A stretch of 64,000 nucleotides of DNA, taken from the NCBI GenBank assembly GCA_047967505.1, contig CM106538.1. One strand, written 5' to 3'. Below the pieces are notes generated by a model. It was not told the origin of the DNA. It searched no databases and saw only the letters and a list, made by a program, of their open reading frames with translations. Made by a program: the position numbers and the translations under genes. Position 1 is the first letter of the stretch. Each line of letters opens with the position of its first letter. Shown piece by piece: positions 62,296 to 64,000 of this stretch. This DNA is from Dipteris shenzhenensis. Taxonomy: Eukaryota.

Positions 62296-64000
62296 CACAA
62301 CAAGACAAAGCACCCATAGACGCGCGCACAGACGCATTTCATGAACTAAATAAAAAACTTACGGGCGCGTCTATTTGCGCGTCAGGAGACCCGCGTCTAT
62401 TAGCGCGTTTATATATCATACTTACGCGCGTATAGACGCGCTCATACACGCGTAAATAGACGCGCAAATAAACGCTTTGATAGACGCACGTATAGACGCA
62501 AATCGAACAGACAGACGCGAATATAAACGCGTTTGTAAACGCACTGATAGACGCGCCTTTAAAAAAAAAAAAAAAAAAAAAAGAATACTGTGTATGTTGT
62601 GTATGCTATATAGTTACAAGAATCCCATATCCACATTCTGTAATTCAATTCTTACAGCCAACCTCATTTTAATTACAATTCCAAATAAAATATTACAACT
62701 CCAAAACGCAATAAAATTGAAAGCTCAAAAAGTGCTTGTATATACATATAGCACGAAGCTAAGCCACGTCATGTGGCTCCAAGTACAAAAAATAAGGAAG
62801 CTAAGCCATGTCATGTGGCTTCAAGTACAAAAAATAAGAGGAGTCTATATACAAGAGGCACGAAGCCAAGCCAATGGCTTTAAGTACAAAAAAGAATAGT
62901 AGCACTACTTCTACGACTAATCCTCGCTGCCTTCCACGCTCCCTTCTGCGCTGCCTTCTGCGCTCCCTTCTGCACCTCCTTCCTCGTCTTCCTCGTCGTC
63001 TTGTGCAGGGGCGCCCTGTAAACAAGGGACAACATATATCAATGTATGAAAAATCAAATCTTTACTTATAATTTTGGCATTATTTAATTACTTTCAAATA
63101 CCTGGGGGGCCTGTCCAGTCGCTCGGGTATACTGCTCCTCAGTAATCAACCCGTCATCATAGAAGTGCCTCCATGTATCTCCTCTGCGATGGTGGCGGTG
63201 GTAGGCTGTCTCCATTGGAGTAGGGTATCTGCCCACGATCTCAAGCTGCATAACCGCGATACACTTTGTGGAGGGATTAGTACAAAGAAACAACCAACCT
63301 CCTAATAAACTACATAAGCAATATAATTTGAGATCGATACTTACAAATTGGGCCTCCCATGATTCAACACCCCCTGCTCCAAAATGCGCGCTCCCATACT
63401 CCTCCATCTGGATCCTCCGTGCCTCCACGTGTTGCAGACTGGGCTCCTCCCTCGCTGACTTCATTGCCTTCTTCCACTCACGCTTCTGAGTGGTGTGGGG
63501 CGGGCCCCTTGGAGGTTGACCTGCCTCAAGTCTGGCAAGCTCCGCTAGTGCCTGCCTCTTAAGGGAAGATCTTTTATTGCTAAGTATCGTAACAATCTTT
63601 GACTTCCCCCATTTATCTGTGAACTGGCGATTGGGGGGGGTAGGATACCTAGAGCGAACAGTAGCGAGGGTCTCATCAGCCAATCTCTTTGGGTGGTCTT
63701 TATAGTGGATAAAGCAATCTCTGTAATTGTTAGCAATTACAGACTGCATGAAGGCCATTACATCCTTCCCCCGCGCATCCATCAAGATGCCTCCTGTCTG
63801 GGTGATGTCATAATAAATCGTACCATCACCCAGAGGCACGTCTAAATCATCGGAATCATCATCCTCGGCCTCACCGCCACATGGCCCAAAGCACTGTGCC
63901 ATGCATCCGCCACCGCTCTCCCTGCTACTACGCCTGCCACCCTGTCGTGTCGAGCTCGTACGCTGGCCACTCGTAGCTGGGGACTGCGCGGGACTACGCT
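62296..64000. mobile_element. CACTA-like element 3 (same family as element 2), left part
   Basis: CACAACAAGACAAAGCACC terminus, ATAGACGC repeats, collinear with 46528-47117 plus 52946-54140. Confidence 0.9.
62895..64000 (-). CDS. TnpA-like accessory gene of element 3 (5' end outside the window)
   Basis: Open frame 63084-63902 continuing to the window edge, with introns near 63250-63343 and 63018-63100; more intact than the element 2 copy. Confidence 0.7.

Overview
Gene-poor eukaryotic DNA, almost certainly from a land plant. The spliced transposon genes and the style of the elements suggest a fern or other non-seed plant (inference). It is a nest of transposons with no intact host gene. (1) A degenerate protein kinase gene lies at ~3550-4600. 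(2) A ~36 kb EnSpm/CACTA element (6633-42572, AAA TSD) has divergent TnpA-like and transposase genes and hosts three insertions: a 19.8 kb TIR element (10177-29997; 26-bp TIRs, 4-bp TSD GAGG, Sola/DUF7869-type transposase), a young full-length Copia (32217-38120) and a 240-bp MITE with an 8-bp TSD. (3) After a TG microsatellite and a LINE remnant come two copies of a CACTA-like family with CACAA termini (starting 46528 and 62296). The first contains a second Copia copy (47118-52940) and is followed by a Helitron-like Rep fragment, into which the second CACAA copy inserted. The standout is the 19.8 kb Sola-like element. Opposite its transposase it carries a large spliced cargo gene reading as a ParB-like domain, a degenerate beta-class DNA amino-methyltransferase-like fold and three tandem Ulp1/C48 protease domains. 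Domain calls come from motif recognition by eye; no database searches were run, and coordinates of degraded genes are approximate.
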